A stretch of DNA of 64,000 bases, from assembly GCF_009914755.1 (NCBI RefSeq), contig NC_060928.1, one strand, 5' to 3'. The position numbers and the translations under genes were made by a program. Position 1 is the stretch's first letter; every line of letters begins with the position of its first letter. Of this stretch, positions 58,111-64,000 are shown one piece after another. The notes beneath the pieces are model-generated. The model saw only the letters and a program-made list of their open reading frames with translations. It searched no databases and was not told the DNA's origin. The DNA comes from the human T2T-CHM13v2.0 reference genome, Homo sapiens.

Positions 58111-59149
58111 CCACCTACTTTAGAACCTGGAGAATTGGAGTTGAATAAGTCAAATTTTAATATCCGCTATAGGCGAGATTCAGGGATGGTTGATACCTCT
58201 CAGTGATCAGAATATTTACTTTATTCTCTATCTGGTAGTAAAACTACTCCAACAGTTAAGGCATAATGCATATATGACAACATTCATTGAAAGAAGCGTG
58301 TGCCTCTAATCTTGAAGATTAAAGTTAAAATTAGACAAGTATTTTCCCAAAGGGATCTTAACTTAATTTCTCTGAAACCGCCTCTTGTCATAGTTACCAA
58401 CAAGCTCCACCACACAAAATCAAATGGTTAATTTTTTATCCACTTCTTTCTTCCTGAAATATTTTTCTCCCATGGCCTTTTCACAAAGATCAAATAAATT
58501 AATATTCATAAAAATTAGAATAGTGTCTGGCACATAATAAGTGCCATATGTTCATAATCATAGTAATAATAATTATGATGATTACTATTATTATTATCAT
58601 TGTTATCTAGCCACTTGGTTTTAAATATAGCTAGTCCTGTTGTTAATGCTTGTTTTGGGAACACAATTTTTTTTAATGAGGGCTATCTATTAGGAAACAA
58701 TTTGAGTACAATGTAAATTTCACCCAAGAATAATGCTAGGCTAATGTAGAAAACTGTAATCAGTTGAGCTAAGCCATATAGGACAGACATACACATATCT
58801 CATGAGGACAATGAGCTACTCTCATCTACATCTGTTGTTACAACGTTCCTTCCAATTTCAGATAACTTTCCTTGTACCACACCACAATAATATACAAGTT
58901 ACAACCTTTCCTGAGGCCACCCTGGCCAGATGACTCTACTTCTCTTTTCAAAAATTGTTCTCTCTTTCCTCTTATCCTACTTTTTTTCTTCTCTATCCTC
59001 TGTTTTATTTTATTTTTCTTTTGTTTCATTATTTTCTATATGTCTTCTGTTGTCCTTTTGCACACAGTAAGCAAATTCCTTAAGCAAATTCCACAAGCAA
59101 ACTTTTGCACCCCTCCTAGGCTGATTGATTCCAGACATCAATATACACA

Positions 59150-59760
59150 TCACTTTCATACTTATTAATATCCATCTCTCTTCTCAACATATTTACTTAA
59201 ATTTCATCAAAGGATGTATCTTTATTTTCCCCATAAACTTAGGTGTCCCATGTTTTCCCACTACTGCCAATACCATCACCTGTAACCCAGTTGTTCAGCC
59301 CAAAATCCATTTTTTGTCTTAATTTTTCACTTTTCTTTATCTTTACGTCAAATTTTTCCAAAACTCCTTTGGTCATACCTTTAAAATATACCCATAACTC
59401 AACTATTTCAAACCATTTTAACTTCTAAGACCAGTTATAACCACCATCAACTCTTAGATAACTGAAAGTAGTCTCTTAATTGGTTGCACTGCTTTCTTTA
59501 TTGCCATCTCACTCTGATACCCGCCCCATTAATCTATTTTGCACACAGCAATGGGAGTAATCTTTTACAGTTAGATCATTTTATTCCCCTGCTTAAAATC
59601 TTCCAAAGGACTTGCAATCCACATCAAATAAAATTCAATCAACTTAAATAGTTTATGTTCCCACCTATTCTTACTACCTTTCTAATGCTATATCCTACTC
59701 TTCTTTCCCTCCTTAACTAAGACTCAGGAAAACAGACCTTCTGGCTCTTTGTAGAAATGT
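59150..59760 (+). mobile_element. L2 fragments, with a further L2 tail near 60350-60560
   Basis: tgcacacagcaatgggagtaatctttt...ttagatcattttattcccctgcttaaaatcttccaaagg. Confidence 0.6.
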
Positions 59761-59833
59761 GAATAACTCTCTATGACAGAAGGGAAGAATGGGACAAAGC
59801 AAGGTCTGTCATTGTTAAGAAAGCATCAACTAC

Positions 59834-60132
<299 letters not shown>

Positions 60133-60849
60133 GCAACTATCTTAAAAGAAGGAAATGCTACTTATTTTTGTGCTTTCGTTCTGGCCATGTCCGTTTCCTG
60201 TTAGAAACATGTATTGTTGGCCCCTCTGTGTTTGTTGGAAACACTGTTCATGTTATCTTAAGAACATTGTGATTGGAATAGCAGTAGGGTCTACTTTCCT
60301 TTTCTCACGTCTTTAGAGAGGCAGTCTGAGACTAGAAAGTCGTGCATGATCTTAATCATTCTAGATTCCTTTTACCCTGCTTATTTGTTTCCTAACATTA
60401 ACTGAAGTAGTCTTGTTTATTTTGCCATTTGACTTGTTTCTGTCTTTTCCAAAGAAATGTAAGTCCCGTGATAGCAGCAACTCGTTTGCTGTTTTATTCC
60501 ACCATTGAGAATACTGCCGAACGTCTAAGAAGTACTTAATAAATATTAAGTGGAGAAATGAATATATGGCAGCCTCTTTTGTGGATCCAGGACTAGTATT
60601 AAGTCATGTGGCTCACTTCCTCAAAAGTTTCATGACATTTAAAGATTCTGTCTCCCAAGACTTGAACATCATAGTTCCTGGAATCCAGAAGTGGGTCAGG
60701 GAGTTGGGCATGAGCTGCTGCTTCTCAGTTTCTACACCTGGATCTTTAACTTCTCCCGTCCCGCTCATTAAGCTTTACTGGGCTCCTCCATCACTGGAGC
60801 TGTAGGAAGAGCAAAATACAGATTTTTACTGGTTTCATAAGAATCTTGA

Positions 60850-61556
60850 AATTAGTAGAATGGCTGTTATTAAAAAGTCAAAAATAGATGCTGGTGAGGT
60901 TGTGGAGAAAAGGGAACGCTTATATACCGCTGATGGGAATGTGAATTAGTTCTGCCACTGTGGAAAGGAGTTTGACGATTTCTCAGAAAACTTAAAACAG
61001 AGCTGTTATTTGACCCAGCAATCTCATTACTGGGTATGTACCCAAAGGAATATAAATTGTTCTGTTATAAAGACATATGAATATGTGCACTCATTGCAGC
61101 ACTATTTGCGATAGGAAAGACATGGAATCAACCTAAATGACCATCAGTGGTAGACTGGATAAAGGAAATGTGGCCTATATACACCACACAATACTAGGAA
61201 GCCATAAAAAAGAATGAAATCATGTCCTCTGCTGCAACATGGATGGAGCTGGGGGCCATTATCCAAAGTGCATTAAAGCAACAACAACAACAAAACCAAA
61301 TACGGCACATTCTCACTTAGAGATGGGAGCTAGACATTGAATACACATGGACACAGACAGGAACGAGAGACACTGGGGCCTAGTTGATGGTGGAATATGG
61401 GAGGAGGGTGAGGGTTAAAAAGCTACCTCTCGGATACTATGCTCGTTACCTGAGTGATGAAATAATCTGTACACCAAACCCCTGCAACATGCAATTTACC
61501 TATGTAACAAACTGCACATGTACTCCCTGAATCTAAAGTCAGAAAGGAAAAAAAAA
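60850..61556 (+). mobile_element. L1PA15/16-PB-like 3' end
   Basis: gaatggctgttattaaaaagtcaaaaa...gatgaaataatctgtacaccaaacccc...A-tail; TSD-like aaRaatcttg. Confidence 0.9.
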
Positions 61557-61806
61557 TCTTGTGTAGTGCATTCTCAGTTAAGCAGATTTAAAAGGTTAAT
61601 TTATTCTCTAATGGGGTTCTTTTCTGGGTTGTTTGGAGACCACCCAAGGGACTCTCTTATGCAAAGTTCCACTGATGTAGAAATACACAGCTGCTGGACA
61701 CTTACCACTTTCCACTCATCCCCTTGGCTTCTAGTGGGTTATTTCTCTGTTGTGCTCATTTCGTGTCCTTATACTATTCTTTTGTCCTTGTGGGCTGGGA
61801 TTCTCT

Positions 61807-62793
61807 TGAGAGGTGACAACATGTTAGCAGCCCTTGCTTCTTCTCTGCGTCTCCTCGGCCTTGGCGTCTGCTCTGGCCACGCTTGAAGAGCCCTTCAGCA
61901 CGCGGCTGCACTGTGGAGGCCCCTCTCTGGGGCTGGCCAAGGCTGGAGCCAGCTCCCCCTGCTGCAGGGAGGTGTGGAGGGAGAGGTGCGGGTGGGAGCT
62001 GGGGCTGAGGCCATACAGCCGGCCAGCGCCTGCTGGGCTTGATCAGAGGCTGGGTCCCATGCGTGGACCGCCATTCCCTCTTCCCGGGATGGCTGGCCAC
62101 CATAGCAAGTCTCCATCTCTTTCTCGCTACCTCTCTTTTCCTCCTGATTGTCTGGGACGAGCTCCCTCTGGGCTGTCGCAGTGCCCAGGCTAGGTGCCGC
62201 AAAGTCCCGTGGGGAGTGCCAGTGAGAGGTGAAGCCAGCTAGGCTTCTGGAACAGGTGGGGACTTGGAGAACTTTTCTGTCTAGCTAAAGGATTGTAAAT
62301 GCACCAATCAGCACTTTGTGTCTAGCTAAAGGTTTGTAAACGCACCAATCAGCATGCTGTCAAAACGGACCAATCAGCTGTCTGTAAAATGGACCAATCA
62401 GCAGGATGTGGGTGGGGCCAGATAAGGGAATAAAAGCAGGCCACCCGAGCCAGTAGAGAGAATCTGCTGAGGTCTCCTTCTATGCTGTGGAAGTTTTTTT
62501 TTTTTTGCTATGTGTTGTGGGAGGTTTGTTCTTTCACTTTTGCTGCTGCTGCTCACTCTTTGGGTCAGTGCCACCTTTATGAGCTGTAACACTCACTGCG
62601 AAGGTCTGCAGCTTCACTCCTGAAGTCAGCAAAACCATGAACCCACCAGTAGGAAGAAACTCCGGACACGTCCAGACATCAGAAGGAACAAACTCTGGAC
62701 ACACCATCTTTAAGAACTATAACACTCACTGCAAGGGTCAGTGGCTTCATTCTTGAGGTCAGGGAGACCAAGAACCCACGAATTCCCGACACA
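61807..62793 (+). mobile_element. LTR12-family (HERV9) solo LTR, long GC-rich form
   Basis: tgagaggtgacaac...cccgacaca; four CCAAT boxes; GATAAG 62421; AATAAAA 62429; exact TSD ctct. Confidence 0.95.
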
Positions 62794-63355
62794 CTCTCAG
62801 GACCATTCCATCTGGCTTCCTTTTTCGGAACCTAACTACATACATGCCATTATCCTACCAAACACTTGAAAGCATTAGCCATACTTAAGATTTCTTTTCT
62901 TCTTACTCAGCCAACAGGCAGAGGATATTCCAGCCAAAGTCTCTAGCTTTTAGACTATTCCAGGTAGGTGAAAATCAGAAACCTAGCTGTATGTTTCTCT
63001 ATCTCCAGGGAACCACCTAAAACTCTCCAATTTTTTTTTTCAGTCTGCATCACCTGGATTGAAATGAGCGGGAGAGAGGGAACTGTTCTCTCTTCCTCTC
63101 TGTGGGCAGAAGGTAATGGGGAAAGCCAGAATGTACCAACAAGTCTTTCCTTATCTCTGGACCTTTCAAATTCCAAGGAATGTTTTTCTCCTCACATATA
63201 GTCTTAGGGTTAGAGGTAGTTGCAGGCTGAATGAGTAACCCTATCTTTTAGCAAGTCTGGCTAGATAGATTGGAAACTTGACTGAGAATGTAGGACTTAA
63301 AAATATTGTCTCCTATTTTGAGCCGTTTCCAAACATCTGAGATGACAGGAAAATG

Positions 63356-63666
<311 letters not shown>

Positions 63667-64000
63667 AAATGTTACTTTTAACATTCTGTTACATACATAA
63701 ATATTCAGAAGTGCTACAGTTGTTAAGTTTTAACTGGAACTTATTGATTCATATAATTGTGAGGCAGACAGGTAATTCTGGTTTCCATTACAGTTGGCTC
63801 AAATGATCTCAACAGCCCCCCTCTCTCTCTGTCTCATTAATTGCTGTTCTCATTTTTTTCTCTTTCTCTTACTTAGGAGATTCTGTTTTCTGATGGAAAT
63901 TGTCTCATATTATTAACATAAATAAGGTTTGGGCAAGAAAAATGGATAAATCATTAAATTTTATGGTCTTAACAAGGTATAAAACACCGCTTGACTACCA

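Noticed and set aside
61810-62240. GC-rich CpG-island-like block with several ORFs
   Set aside because: U3 region of LTR12, bounded by a TSD; not a host gene promoter or CDS.

Overview
This is AT-rich, CpG-depleted catarrhine primate (human-like) genomic DNA, intergenic or deep-intronic. I found no host protein-coding gene, rRNA, tRNA, CpG island or CRISPR array. The supplied ORFs are either repeat-derived (Alu, L1, THE1-int, LTR12, MaLR) or chance ORFs. The window is a layered record of transposons: about 20 Alu/FLAM copies, a near full-length decayed L1MA-type element (~47.0-54.1 kb), L1PA/PB fragments including a twin-primed inverted L1, a full THE1 provirus, many MaLR LTRs (THE1/MST/MLT1), two LTR12 (HERV9) solo LTRs with exact 4-bp TSDs, other ERV1 LTRs, Tigger2a, Tigger3, MADE1, L2, MIR and microsatellites. 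I did not find a convincing new biological system. The best leads are two perfect hairpins (20 bp at 33649-33703; 15 bp at 54955-54987 next to a MADE1), a candidate 81-nt minus-strand exon (33157-33237), the LTR12 pair that differs at the GATA site, and several rearrangement scars in L1 and Alu copies. Subfamily names come from recalled consensus sequences and are approximate. Boundaries of old repeats are uncertain by tens of bp.
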